Part shown: piece after piece, positions 20,989-30,862 of the stretch
Layout of the letters: each line of letters opens with the position of its first letter
Position numbering within the stretch: position 1 is the first letter of the stretch
Notes under the pieces: model-generated
Databases searched by the model: none
What the model was told of the DNA's origin: nothing
The model's input: only the letters and a program-made list of their open reading frames with translations
Program-made: the position numbers and the translations under genes
Source of the DNA: a candidate division WOR-1 bacterium RIFOXYB2_FULL_37_13
GTDB taxonomy: Bacteria; Margulisbacteria; WOR-1; XYC2-FULL-46-14; XYC2-FULL-37-10
Length of the DNA: 64,000 nt
Direction of reading: 5' to 3'
NCBI GenBank assembly: GCA_001771535.1
Contig: MEUB01000036.1
Coordinates: 842-64,841, forward strand

Positions 20989-21076
20989 TGAAATTTTTCA
21001 AAAACCATCATGATACTCTCACAAGTTAGGGAGGAAGGGGCCAAGAGGAAAAGAAATCAAGGAGGGAACAATGACA
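20989..21076 (+). repeat. copy A of a duplicated ~85-bp 5' leader (approximately 80% identical to 25954..26033), ending in ATGACA
   Basis: GAAATTTTTCAAAAACCATCATGATACTCTCACAAGTTAGGGAGGAAGGGGCCAAGAGGAAAAGAAATCAAGGAGGGAACAATGACA aligned by eye against copy B. Confidence 0.7.
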
Positions 21077-21881
21077 AAGCCTGTAACAAAAACATCAAGA
21101 CCTAACCAAAGAACTCAAAGATGGCACAAGGAAAACCATAAAATGTTTTAGGTTGGAGAATGTAGAAATATGGGGGATGAAGAGGACTGCCGTTATGTAT
21201 TTTAGCGAAGCATTATATGACGGGCAGGTAAGGGGATGGAAAAAGATTTAAAAAAAGCAATTGAAAATTTGGAAAGTTTCAAGCTATCAGGCATGAAAGG
21301 GAGTTTTTGGCACAAGAGAAAAAAATGTATGTGGACAAAAGAGCTTTTTGAAAGAGAGGCTGAAAAAATAGTTAATAAACAATTTATTAGAGATATCGTT
21401 GATATTAAGTGAAAAAAACAGGCAAGTAATTTATTTAGAATATGAGATTAACACACAAAAAAAGAATTTTTTGAAAAATACAGTTTTAGGGAAAAGAATC
21501 TTAATAACAAGCCGGCAGGACTGGAATAATGAGGAGATAGTTTTAGCTTATCAGGGGCAAAAGGATGTTGAGTTTGCGTTTAGGCAAATAAAAAATCCAT
21601 TTCATACCTGTATCAGACCTCAATATCATTGGACAGATCAAAAGATAAAAGTTCATGTGCTTTGTTCCATTATTGCATTTACTATTTGCGCTTTAATTGA
21701 AAAGACCGCAAGAGAGAATGATTGTCCTTTTATAATAAACGACATTTTGGATCGCTTATCTTCAATACGAAAAGTAAAATACATAATCCCCAAAACTAAA
21801 AATAAATTCAACATTGAATACGGTATGGAAGAAATCGAAGATGAAGCAACAAGAAAATTATTTGAAGTTTTGATGAAATAA
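21070..21881 (+). pseudogene. decayed IS4/IS1634-like transposase (frame-broken fragments; the 21399..21881 ORF carries the C-terminal DDE region)
   Basis: C-terminal motif AFRQIKNPFHTCIRPQYHWTDQKIKVHVLCSIIAFTI resembles the IS4/IS1634 C-terminal consensus (...glRPiyHw...ri.gHlf...A); upstream frames are broken into 26-aa and 58-aa pieces. Confidence 0.55.
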
Positions 21882-22006
21882 TATATTTTTGGTGTATACA
21901 AGCTGTTCTTCTGAAAGTCAACAATGACAAGCCATGCAGGCTTTTTTATTTCTCCAGCAGTAAACTCACGCTAGCCCCGTTTCATAAAAAACAATTGGCT
22001 CTTTCT

Positions 22007-22474
22007 TTACTTAAAATTAAAAGCCACATTTTTTGTATTTTTAGGATCTATTTTAACAGGAAGAATAGCTCCAACCTGCATAAGATGTATAGCATTAAAA
22101 GGTATTACAAACCCATCTTCAACTATATAAGCAGGATACATAGGTGATGATATTTCTAATTTTATATCCATTACAGGCTGATAATTTAATTGGGTTTTTG
22201 ATGTTGCTATGCTTAATATTTCCCCCTTTCCATCAATCCCTTTTTTTAAAATATCTTTATCCCCAACAAAATTCCTCCAAATTACTTTTAATCCCTTGCT
22301 AAAAAACAACAGCAACAAAAGTATAGGCAGTAAAATTATTGCAATATTTATAATAGGAGTTATGCCAAAGTCTGTAATATTGCCAACATTGGAAAAATTC
22401 AAAATGAAAACTGAAGGAAGAACAAAAAAGATCCCAAAAATGACAAAAATAAGTACAAACTTTTCAGATCTCAT
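22007..22474 (-). CDS. DUF3592-like membrane protein, paralog 1 of 3 (N-terminal TM, OB-like core, GAxxPVKxDPKN motif)
   Basis: paralogous to 32879..33739 and to the split gene 29223..29474/31993..32274; shared upstream promoter module. Confidence 0.6.
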   Translation of the reverse strand: MRSEKFVLIFVIFGIFFVLPSVFILNFSNVGNITDFGITPIINIAIILLPILLLLLFFSKGLKVIWRNFVGDKDILKKGIDGKGEILSIATSKTQLNYQPVMDIKLEISSPMYPAYIVEDGFVIPFNAIHLMQVGAILPVKIDPKNTKNVAFNFK

Positions 22475-22679
22475 TTTCCCACCTCAAGAACAGCTTAAGC
22501 TAGTAGATATGCTTTGTCAATAAGGGCTTAAGCCCCAAGAACCAATTTTTCCTCCAAAATAAATGAAATTTTTTAAAAATGATAATGATAAGGTACTATA
22601 GATATTGTCAGTTTTTGTTTGAAAAATAATTTTCAGGGAGGCATATTTATTATGGTTATAAGTTTAGGTACTATTGTAA

Positions 22680-23900
22680 ATGACTCAAAGTGGAGCAATT
22701 ATTATTCATAATCTCAAAAAAGCGGATGAAGCAGGAGATAATGACGGAGAGATTGATCAGTTGCCAGAAAATGATGAAGTTCAAGCCGCTTTTCGTCAGT
22801 TTCAATTGGAGCATTTAAATGATACAAATGCCTGGTTAGGGTTTTTGGGAATAATGAAAAGTGAAGATTACTCAGAACCAAAAGAGATTATTCCAGAAGT
22901 ATCAACAGAAGAGTTGTATACTATTTTATCTCAAGCAAGCTCTCCTATTGTTGTTGATACGGGAGCATTAGCTTGGTGCGCTGCGTGCAGAAAAGTGTCG
23001 AAAGCCTTAAATGAAATTATTCATAAAGTTACAATAACTGCGAAAAACAATCCATGTAATCCTATTTTGCTAATACAGCCCCCTTCTATAACAATAAAGC
23101 TTCCTCTAATTACAGGAAACAATGTTTTTGAAATTGCAGTAGAAGATATTTATGGGAATGTTCGCAGTCAAAGCTTCAATGCCAATGGAGGAAGATTGGT
23201 TGATGAAAGCAAACAATATATCGCAGAAGCGCTGCCTTCTGGAAACAATTTACCGCTATTACCTGTAATGATATTTGAATTTTCAGATGTAATAAAGTTC
23301 TCTTACTCAAAAGACTTTTCAGAAAAATTTCATTCTGATGCTGAGTTAAAGCAAAGGATGGATATGCTTAAAGCTTTAGTTTTACAATTAAATACAACTA
23401 TCCCGGGATGTAATATTTCTGGTGTAGAAATCGACCCTTCAAAAGAAAATTCTCTTTTTGCCGGAATTATTCCCGACATGAATGACCCAAATAAACAAGT
23501 AATTTTAATATCAGCCTCTAAGCTTGCCATCTATACAGGGGAAAATGAATTGTTGAGCCTGATGGTTGCTGTGGCTGTCGCAAAAAATTTATATGGCAAT
23601 TTAATTTCAGGGAAAGAAAGCGAATGGAATAACTTGGCAATAAAAGCAAGGCAAAACGAAGTGATCCCTTTTTTAGATTGGCCTATATGGGGATTTAAAA
23701 CCCTTGATAGAGCCTATTTCGTAGGAAGAAACACAGAAAAACTTTTTGTAAACGCTTTGAGCCTGATTTTAGTAATGGGAAAGAAATTCGGTGAAACAAT
23801 AGATGATCCAACAACGCTAATAAACAAAATCCCTCTTTCAGAAGAGCAAAAAAAAGTTTTAAGAGAAATAGAAAAATTTGTCAAAGAAATTTTAAAGTGA
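22680..23900 (+). CDS. hypothetical protein (406 aa)
   Basis: long ORF with an RBS; first gene of a 4-gene plus-strand cluster. Confidence 0.55.
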   Translation: MTQSGAIIIHNLKKADEAGDNDGEIDQLPENDEVQAAFRQFQLEHLNDTNAWLGFLGIMKSEDYSEPKEIIPEVSTEELYTILSQASSPIVVDTGALAWCAACRKVSKALNEIIHKVTITAKNNPCNPILLIQPPSITIKLPLITGNNVFEIAVEDIYGNVRSQSFNANGGRLVDESKQYIAEALPSGNNLPLLPVMIFEFSDVIKFSYSKDFSEKFHSDAELKQRMDMLKALVLQLNTTIPGCNISGVEIDPSKENSLFAGIIPDMNDPNKQVILISASKLAIYTGENELLSLMVAVAVAKNLYGNLISGKESEWNNLAIKARQNEVIPFLDWPIWGFKTLDRAYFVGRNTEKLFVNALSLILVMGKKFGETIDDPTTLINKIPLSEEQKKVLREIEKFVKEILK

Positions 23901-25951
23901 TAAACATCTCTTTTGCAATCCCTCGTTCTCTTGCAAGCCTCGTCCACGAACCCAAGCAAGGAAAAAACGAAGAAGAAACAGCAATCAAAGCACTTATGCA
24001 AAATGGGTTTTCCAGAGAAGAGGCAATTGCGGTAATCAATGCTTTAGTAAAAATTCATTTTGGAGAGTTTGACACAGAAGGTGAAAAAAGATTTTTAAGA
24101 AATATGCCCGATTTTTTGAAAGTTTTAAAACGGCCCGCCCTCTTTAGAAGCACATTCCCTAATGGCGTGCACGATGAAAATCTAATAAATTCTTTTATTG
24201 ATTTCTTAATAGCTTTTGGAACAATAAAAAAGGGTTCTAAAGATTTAAAAAATTGCTTGAGCTGTCTAACAATGGACAATAATATTCCCCAAGAAATTAG
24301 CCTTGTTGCTGGTTATTTGTTAGACAGAAAAACTTCTTCTAATTTTGAGCTTATACGCCCTGTAAAAATAAATGGTAAGATTTACCTCCAAATTGAGGCT
24401 TCCTATATGAGAAAGGGAATTTCTCTTCCAGGCAACAATGTTTTAGAAGAGGGTTCTGTGCTATACAGAGATGGAAATTGGTTTTTTACTCCCCCGGTAA
24501 ACAACCAAAGAGACATAAGAACTCTTCCCACTATAAGTGGCGTTAGAATTCGTTCTCTTGCCCTTGCTGTTTCTGCCCCCAAACCAGGCAAATCGTTAGG
24601 TCATGAACTGCTCGCAAATCAACCGATGATCCCAATTTATTTCGATGGTCTGCCCAAAAATGCGCCGGAATATATCTCTTTAAGCCCAACAACAAAAGAA
24701 GTTGCCTTTAGTCTAAGCCAAGGGACTTATCTTGTTTTTGAAATAGGAAATCCATTCATAAAAAATTTTAGGGGTGCCGAAATAACTGTTCATTACACTC
24801 TTTTCCAAAAAGATGGAAATTTAGCCCTTAACCCAACCCTACTGCCCTCTTTTCATATAACAACTCCTGACCGCAAGCCTGTCTCATCCTTATCTATCAA
24901 TCCTCCATCTTTGTCTACGGGAGAACTGTTAAGGATCCAAATAGAGGATGAATTCTCAAGAATTTTTGTTGAATACGGAACTGGGAAAACCGGTTTTTAT
25001 GCAGAAGAAAATTTGGCATTAAATGAGCAAAACACAATCCCTCTTGAAATAAGATTGCAGAATGAAAGCTTTGTTATAAATGAATTTGGGGAATTTATTG
25101 TATTTAATGGGGGAGAAGAAAAAAGAAGAGGTTTCCCATATAACTCAAATTACAATCTGGATTTTACTTTGCCAGTAAGCCTCGAAAAAATCAGAAGTCC
25201 CTATGATCATCTTTCAAGATCAATTTTCGACAATAAAAAAGTAGCTGTTTTCTATGAGAGGGCGCCTATGACAAGAGGCCAAACCTTAGCTCATTTAGCC
25301 CATGCTTATTTATTGCTTCCCCCAATACTGCAAAGACAGATAAAAGTCATTAGATTTTCTTATAAAGAAGGACAAAGGAATAAGAGTGCAACATACAGCT
25401 TGCCAAATACAAGAGAAATAAGAATCAATGAAGGATTTTTCTTCCCCTCTCTTTCCTATCTGTCTGAAAAATTCGAAGCTTTTCGTAAAGAATGGGAAGA
25501 AGGGGTTCCTTCTTATGTAAAATCAGAAGCGCAAACTTTGGGGCTCGGATTTTGTGGCAGGCTTGAACTTATGCCTTTCGGTAACATGCCTAAAGGTTAT
25601 TCAGGAACAAAATCATCTGGCGAAAAAGGAGCTCCTTTCATCGTTACCACAAGACCCGCTTCTGGATTAGTAACTCGAGAACCGATAGATGTGGTAAATT
25701 TATATGCTGAAGCGGCTTACATTCTAGCAAGCAGAGAGCCAAATAGATTTTCTGGGTGGGAAAGAACAGATAAAAAAATAACAATTGCGGAAGATGTAAA
25801 AAACTTTCTTCTTGGGATAATAAGGCTCGAATTTGTATACAGCAAAAAACCTTCTCAAGCAACTTTTATCAAGAATCTGACAATCTTAAAAAGTAACGGC
25901 ATAATTACTGAAACTCAAGAAATACGAGCCAAGGCTTTGATGAAAAAATAA
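23897..25951 (+). CDS. hypothetical protein (684 aa)
   Basis: 4-bp overlap with the upstream gene; no recognisable motif. Confidence 0.55.
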   Translation: MINISFAIPRSLASLVHEPKQGKNEEETAIKALMQNGFSREEAIAVINALVKIHFGEFDTEGEKRFLRNMPDFLKVLKRPALFRSTFPNGVHDENLINSFIDFLIAFGTIKKGSKDLKNCLSCLTMDNNIPQEISLVAGYLLDRKTSSNFELIRPVKINGKIYLQIEASYMRKGISLPGNNVLEEGSVLYRDGNWFFTPPVNNQRDIRTLPTISGVRIRSLALAVSAPKPGKSLGHELLANQPMIPIYFDGLPKNAPEYISLSPTTKEVAFSLSQGTYLVFEIGNPFIKNFRGAEITVHYTLFQKDGNLALNPTLLPSFHITTPDRKPVSSLSINPPSLSTGELLRIQIEDEFSRIFVEYGTGKTGFYAEENLALNEQNTIPLEIRLQNESFVINEFGEFIVFNGGEEKRRGFPYNSNYNLDFTLPVSLEKIRSPYDHLSRSIFDNKKVAVFYERAPMTRGQTLAHLAHAYLLLPPILQRQIKVIRFSYKEGQRNKSATYSLPNTREIRINEGFFFPSLSYLSEKFEAFRKEWEEGVPSYVKSEAQTLGLGFCGRLELMPFGNMPKGYSGTKSSGEKGAPFIVTTRPASGLVTREPIDVVNLYAEAAYILASREPNRFSGWERTDKKITIAEDVKNFLLGIIRLEFVYSKKPSQATFIKNLTILKSNGIITETQEIRAKALMKK

Positions 25952-25953
25952 AG

Positions 25954-26033
25954 TGAAATTTTTCGAAAACCATTATGATACTCTTGCAAGTTAGGGAGAA
26001 AGAGGTCAAGCATTCAAGGAGAAAAAAATGACA
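25954..26033 (+). repeat. copy B of the duplicated leader, upstream of 26028..26540
   Basis: GAAATTTTTCGAAAACCATTATGATACTCTTGCAAGTTAGGGAGAAAGAGGTCAAGCATTCAAGGAGAAAAAAATGACA. Confidence 0.7.
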
Positions 26034-26540
26034 CAAACTTCCAGCAAAAGCTGTTTACTTTTGGCAATGAGTCGTCACGCTTTTTATGAAATTAACAGGC
26101 ATATTCCCACCACACAAAAAGGTTTGCCAAAAATCTTGAAAAGAAAATTGTATGGCGATGTAATTCCAAGAATAGAAAGAACTCTTTCCACAGCCGACAC
26201 AATAAAAGCCAAAGAAATAATTTCTATCGTTATTGAAACTGTAATGGATTTTTGGAAAAAAGACCCTTCTTTAGAAACGGCAAAAAAATTATCAGAAGAG
26301 CTAGACAATGTTATGTTAATAATCGAAACAGCACACTTTTTTAATCAAGTTATAGGAGAAAATATAGTTAATTTTTCATCTTTGTCTCCCTGTTTAAAAA
26401 TGTTCTCAAATCTACCGATAATAAGGAGATTAAGTCGTATGGTGGAAGATATTAAAGCAACAGCCCAAAAAAGCCCACCTGATTTCGCAATAACACCTGC
26501 TCTTTGGACTGGTTTCAAATCTTCAGAATACGACAATTGA
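26028..26540 (+). CDS. hypothetical protein (170 aa)
   Basis: preceded by a duplicated ~85-bp leader with an AAGGAG RBS. Confidence 0.5.
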   Translation: MTQTSSKSCLLLAMSRHAFYEINRHIPTTQKGLPKILKRKLYGDVIPRIERTLSTADTIKAKEIISIVIETVMDFWKKDPSLETAKKLSEELDNVMLIIETAHFFNQVIGENIVNFSSLSPCLKMFSNLPIIRRLSRMVEDIKATAQKSPPDFAITPALWTGFKSSEYDN

Positions 26541-26558
26541 AAAAAGGGGGAATAAAAA

Positions 26559-28661
26559 ATGGCAATGGAAATGGCAGCCTCTGCAATAGCACATGCTAGA
26601 CAACTCGGACAAACAGCTTTAAAAACAGTTTCCCAAGGTCAACACACTGCATCTCTTCGACAACAAGAAGCTTTTTTCCAAGTAATGTTTGATGCAAGTT
26701 TCCCTGCTGCAAAAAGAGTAGCTTACCAACTATATCCAAACAAAACATTGGTTGACAGTCCAAAATATAGGGCAAACTTAGAATTTCAACTGAGAAGAAT
26801 CCCTCCTGCACTACGAACAGCAATTTTCGCTGTATTGCATGCTATGCAACATCCAGTTGTTTTTAATAATATAGTAAACCCTCCAACAAATATACCCCAA
26901 ATAGCAAATTTATTAGGTGTTATTGAATTGGCAGGAAGAATGACGCTTCCATCGCTACTAGATAATCCTCAAATAAGTCCTAATCACTTTTCTATAGTCC
27001 AAAGAAATACTAGCAGAGTTGATTTGACACAATTTGACACCTTTTTTAAAGATGGGAGAATCCCTCGTCAATTTAGAAAAAATGATTTTGTTATAGTCGG
27101 ATCAGGCCCAGGAGGGATAATGACAGCACATATTTTACATGAAAAATACCCAGATGCTCAAATTCTAATAATTGAAGAAGGAGATTATTATCCTGGTAAA
27201 ATTTTCGGCAATTCAACTCCTATAAGAGCTACAGGTGAGTTCTATTCAGAAGGAGGAGTAACTGCTGCTATTGATTTAAAAAATGCAAGTGGAACAGCTG
27301 CCCCTACTGGCAAAGCGGTTGGAGGAAGCATGGAAATTTTTAGTACAACTGCGGCAAGAGTCAGAACCAGCGAGGAGTTTGAGCTTTATGGTTTAAGTAA
27401 ATATATGACTTGGGAAAAATATCAGAAGACAGTTGCTTGGGTAGAAGAGATACATGATGTTGCTGAAAACCCACAGGAAATAATCAACACAATAACCAAG
27501 GAAATGATCAGAGCCGCACAAAATATGCCTAAAGAATCTGGGATTAGAAATGCTGGTCCTACAAAATCATTTAGTGCTCATAAGTGTGGTGGCCTAGGAA
27601 AATGTCCTGTTGGCTGTGATACGGGAGGAAAAGAGACAACAGCTATGGTTCTTTTGCCTGCGCTTTTGGCATCTGGAAAAGTAGGATTAGTTTCAGGAGC
27701 AAAAGTTACTCAAACTATTTTAAGATCAGACAACAGCCCTAAGGCTGTAAAAATATTTTCAATGGAAGGCGTCTCTACCATTGGAATAGAAGATGGTATT
27801 ATTTCAAGTGCCGGTACATTTGGTTCCCCAGTTATAGTACATAACGCAGGGATTCGACTCCCTATGTTAGGCAAAAAATATACTGGGCAAGCAGCATTTG
27901 AACTTTTTGCATTTAATCCAAACAAAAAAATTGATCCCCCTCAACATGTAGGAAAGCCTCAATCTGGTTATATTGAGGTTTACAACACAGATAATGCGTT
28001 AGCTGATCTTGTTGCCACAGTAGACGGATTTATCGGGCTTGGTGAAGGGGCACGTCCTGCTACAGGAATTCTTGCAATGGCAAGGAGACGCTTATATGGA
28101 ACAAATTTAAGAGATTCAATAGAAGGACTTCCTTACACTGGCGTTTTTGGAGGAGTTCTCACTGAAAACATGGAAGATGTTAGGGCCGGTCTTTCAGGAG
28201 GAAATGTATATCCTGGATTGAGTAATATTTTTGGACAAAAAGTGCTAACATACTCATTATCTGAAAGAGATAGAATGAGAAGAAAATTGCTTGCATTAGC
28301 CCTCTTAAAAGTAGCCGCAAATACTCCTCAAGGAGAATATTTAGGAATAGGCCTCAATCATTTTTTTCCAAGTAAAAGCAAGTATGCTAGTTGGGGATTA
28401 TTCCTTTCTTCAGAATTACCTGAATTCGAAAGATATTTATTGCCAAATAAAAAAGTCGACTTGAGTGAAGAAATATTTTTTCATCCTATGGGATCAATGG
28501 GAGATTGTGTCGATAACGAAGGGAAGGTAATAGGCTCAAAAGATTTTTATGTAATAGATGGATCTTTATTTAAGGGCCCTGGAGTAAATCCTACAATTTC
28601 AATATTAACAGTTGCTGCTGAATTAGCTTCAAAAATAAAAAGGAGAAAAAGAATACATTAA
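26559..28661 (+). CDS. GMC-family FAD oxidoreductase-like protein with a ~170-aa N-terminal extension
   Basis: DFVIVGSGPGG dinucleotide-binding motif and C-terminal HPMGSMGDCVDNEGKV...VIDGSLFKGPGVNPTISI (GMC_oxred_C-like). Confidence 0.65.
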   Translation: MAMEMAASAIAHARQLGQTALKTVSQGQHTASLRQQEAFFQVMFDASFPAAKRVAYQLYPNKTLVDSPKYRANLEFQLRRIPPALRTAIFAVLHAMQHPVVFNNIVNPPTNIPQIANLLGVIELAGRMTLPSLLDNPQISPNHFSIVQRNTSRVDLTQFDTFFKDGRIPRQFRKNDFVIVGSGPGGIMTAHILHEKYPDAQILIIEEGDYYPGKIFGNSTPIRATGEFYSEGGVTAAIDLKNASGTAAPTGKAVGGSMEIFSTTAARVRTSEEFELYGLSKYMTWEKYQKTVAWVEEIHDVAENPQEIINTITKEMIRAAQNMPKESGIRNAGPTKSFSAHKCGGLGKCPVGCDTGGKETTAMVLLPALLASGKVGLVSGAKVTQTILRSDNSPKAVKIFSMEGVSTIGIEDGIISSAGTFGSPVIVHNAGIRLPMLGKKYTGQAAFELFAFNPNKKIDPPQHVGKPQSGYIEVYNTDNALADLVATVDGFIGLGEGARPATGILAMARRRLYGTNLRDSIEGLPYTGVFGGVLTENMEDVRAGLSGGNVYPGLSNIFGQKVLTYSLSERDRMRRKLLALALLKVAANTPQGEYLGIGLNHFFPSKSKYASWGLFLSSELPEFERYLLPNKKVDLSEEIFFHPMGSMGDCVDNEGKVIGSKDFYVIDGSLFKGPGVNPTISILTVAAELASKIKRRKRIH

Positions 28662-28800
28662 TAAAATTTATTTCTATTCGATAAAAACATATGCGTATAG
28701 TTTTTATAAACACTCTTCCTCCGTATAGAGTTATATAAAACTCAATTGCCCTTCTATCCAAAATCCTATATAATCCCAAACAAGAAAAGGAGTAATTAAT

Positions 28801-29226
28801 ATGTCAGACAAATTATTGATAATTTCAGTTATAATCGCAGGTTTAATTGTTTCTTTATTTATCGTATTTAATAACAACCCTATAAGTAAAACTGTATCCA
28901 CTTTTATGACAGATATAAACAGAATAAAGATTCCAAACAGTTTCCCCAAAGATATTCCAATTTACCCAAATGCAAAAGTTGAAACCTTATCAATTAAAAA
29001 AAGCCAGACCCTTCTTGTCCTTATTTCCAAAGATAGCCCGACACAAATAAACAACTTCTATGCTTTAGAAATAAAAAAATACGGCTGGACATATACATCA
29101 AAAGACATTAATTTCTATGCGTCAACCAAAGAACATCGTGAATTATTTGTTTCTATATCCAAACTCCCTGAAGAGATAAACAAAAATGGACATTATATAG
29201 TAATCAATGAAACAACTAAAGATTAA
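28801..29226 (+). CDS. small N-terminally anchored secreted protein, paralog of 32372..32872
   Basis: N-terminal TM/signal; shared motifs FPKD(I/L)P(I/V)Y.N.K and NFY...K.GW. Confidence 0.55.
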   Translation: MSDKLLIISVIIAGLIVSLFIVFNNNPISKTVSTFMTDINRIKIPNSFPKDIPIYPNAKVETLSIKKSQTLLVLISKDSPTQINNFYALEIKKYGWTYTSKDINFYASTKEHRELFVSISKLPEEINKNGHYIVINETTKD

Positions 29227-29474
29227 AGCGCAGTTTTTTCCCCTGAAGGATTAATATTCCAGGCATTTATAGCTACCCTTTTTGGGTTTTTTGGATCAAC
29301 CTTAACGGGGATAACGGCTCCCAACTGGATAAGAGAAAGCCCCATTAAAGGAATCAAAAATTTGTTTTCTATAATATAATATTCGAGCTTGTCCGTCAAC
29401 TCCCAGTCTTGTCTAATGCAAGATGTCCCTGAAGTAAAGACTGTTTCTAACGCAAAATGTCCCTGAAATGTCAT
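29223..29474 (-). pseudogene. C-terminal fragment of a DUF3592-like paralog split by IS insertion
   Basis: ...LIPLMGLSLIQLGAVIPVKVDPKNPKRVAINAWNINPS matches the intact paralog; the N-terminal residues are encoded by the IS inverted repeat. Confidence 0.7.
29228..29375 (-). repeat. ~150-bp tract nearly identical to 33229..33378 (3' region of the DUF3592-like paralogs)
   Basis: CTGAAGGATTAATATTCCAGGCATTTATAGCTACCCTTTTTGGGTTTTTTGGATCAACCTTAACGGGGATAACGGCTCCCAAC(T/C)GGATAAGAGAAAGCCCCATTAAAGGAA shared with only a few mismatches, while the flanks are diverged. Confidence 0.75.
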
Positions 29475-29484
29475 TATCGAGCTT

Positions 29485-30000
29485 ATGAATAAGCTAATAA
29501 TGATGGATCATAAAATAAAAACTGTTTCGAATCTTGAAAATCTTCTAAAAGCTGTGGTGAATTTAGATTTTCAACTAATTGACAAAAAAACTACCTACGA
29601 TTGGATTGATGATATTTTAAAAAGATTCAATTACATGTCTGCTTCAAAGAAACATAAAGGAATTTTAAAGCGTTACATTATGAAAATGACTGGTTATAGC
29701 GGTCGACAAGTTAAAAGGCTCATCAAAAAGCAATTTCAAACTGGAAAATTGACAATAAGTAAAAGTTCTAACCGTTGCAAATTCAAAAATATATACACCA
29801 AAAAAGATATCGCTTTGCTGGTTAAAACGGATAATCTTCACAATCGCTTAAATGGGTTAGCCACTAAAAAGATTTTTGAAACCGAGCATTTTACTTATGG
29901 AAAAAAGAAATATGAAAGGTTAAGTAAAATCTCTATAGCTCATATTTACAACTTGCGAAAAACTACGACATTGATCTTCCCCCCAAAAAGTAGACAGTAA
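29485..30000 (+). pseudogene. N-terminal (HTH) part of the IS481-like transposase, truncated by IS3 insertion
   Basis: KRYIMKMTGYSGRQVKRLIKK HTH-like segment; the ORF terminates inside the IS3 left inverted repeat. Confidence 0.6.
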
Positions 30001-30001
30001 A

Positions 30002-30862
30002 TTATGCATTCACGAACTTTTTTTCAAAGTTGTCTGGCGACAGAAACCCTATGGACGAGTGCCTTCTCTGTCGATTATAGAACACTTCGATGTAATTGAA
30101 AATGGACTGCCGCGCCTCCTTTCTTGTGGCATATCTTTCAAAATAGACTTGTTCAGTCTTCAATGAATGAAAGAAACTCTCGGTTATAGCATTATCGTAA
30201 CACCTCCCTTTGCGACTCATGCTTTGAATGAAACCATAATTGTTAAGCAATAGTCTCGTATCTCTGGCCGCATATTGAATACCTCGATCAGAATGAAATA
30301 TTATATTTTTGCCTGGCTGGCGGCTCAAGATAGCACCCTTTATGGCCTTGACCACCAATTGGCTTTCTAGGTGCTTTCCCATAGACCATCCGACAATCTT
30401 TCTGGAAAAGACATCAAGAACAACTGCAAGATAAAGCCAGCCCTCCAATGTCCAGATGTATGTAATATCTGATGTCCAGACTCGATTGGCTGATGCTGAA
30501 ACAAAGTTTTGCTTTAGAATATTTGGAGCTACTGGCAAAGTGTGCTGAGAATCAGTTGTCACTCTAAATTTTCTTCTTGTCTTAGCCACAAATTTGCCTT
30601 TCATAAGACGCTCAATCCTTTTTTTATTGTAATGATAACCTTGGCTCTTAAGTTCGGCACAAACTCTGGGCCGACCATAAAGCTCATGGTTTTCAAAAAA
30701 AATCTTCTTGATCTTATCCAGCAAAACCTCATTTTCTGTTTCTCTTTGGCTTTTCTCTCCCCTTAGCCATTTGTAATAGCCGCTTCGTGATACATCTAAC
30801 AACTGGCACATCTTCTCAACCGGAAAGTCGAAGCATTGCTCTCTTACAAACATAAATCTCAT
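30002..30862 (-). CDS. IS3 family transposase OrfB (DDE integrase core), expressed by -1 frameshift from OrfA
   Basis: rve-type core: WTSDITYIW, HSDRGIQY, YDNAITESFF; IS3 DDE(35)E spacing. Confidence 0.8.
   Translation of the reverse strand: MRFMFVREQCFDFPVEKMCQLLDVSRSGYYKWLRGEKSQRETENEVLLDKIKKIFFENHELYGRPRVCAELKSQGYHYNKKRIERLMKGKFVAKTRRKFRVTTDSQHTLPVAPNILKQNFVSASANRVWTSDITYIWTLEGWLYLAVVLDVFSRKIVGWSMGKHLESQLVVKAIKGAILSRQPGKNIIFHSDRGIQYAARDTRLLLNNYGFIQSMSRKGRCYDNAITESFFHSLKTEQVYFERYATRKEARQSIFNYIEVFYNRQRRHSSIGFLSPDNFEKKFVNA

Noticed and set aside
20944-22006. tRNA or other structured RNA in the long non-coding gaps (also 8000..8320 and 57231..57377)
   Set aside because: No cloverleaf-compatible GTTC-type arm/acceptor pairing seen by eye. 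The sequence is AT-rich and promoter-like.
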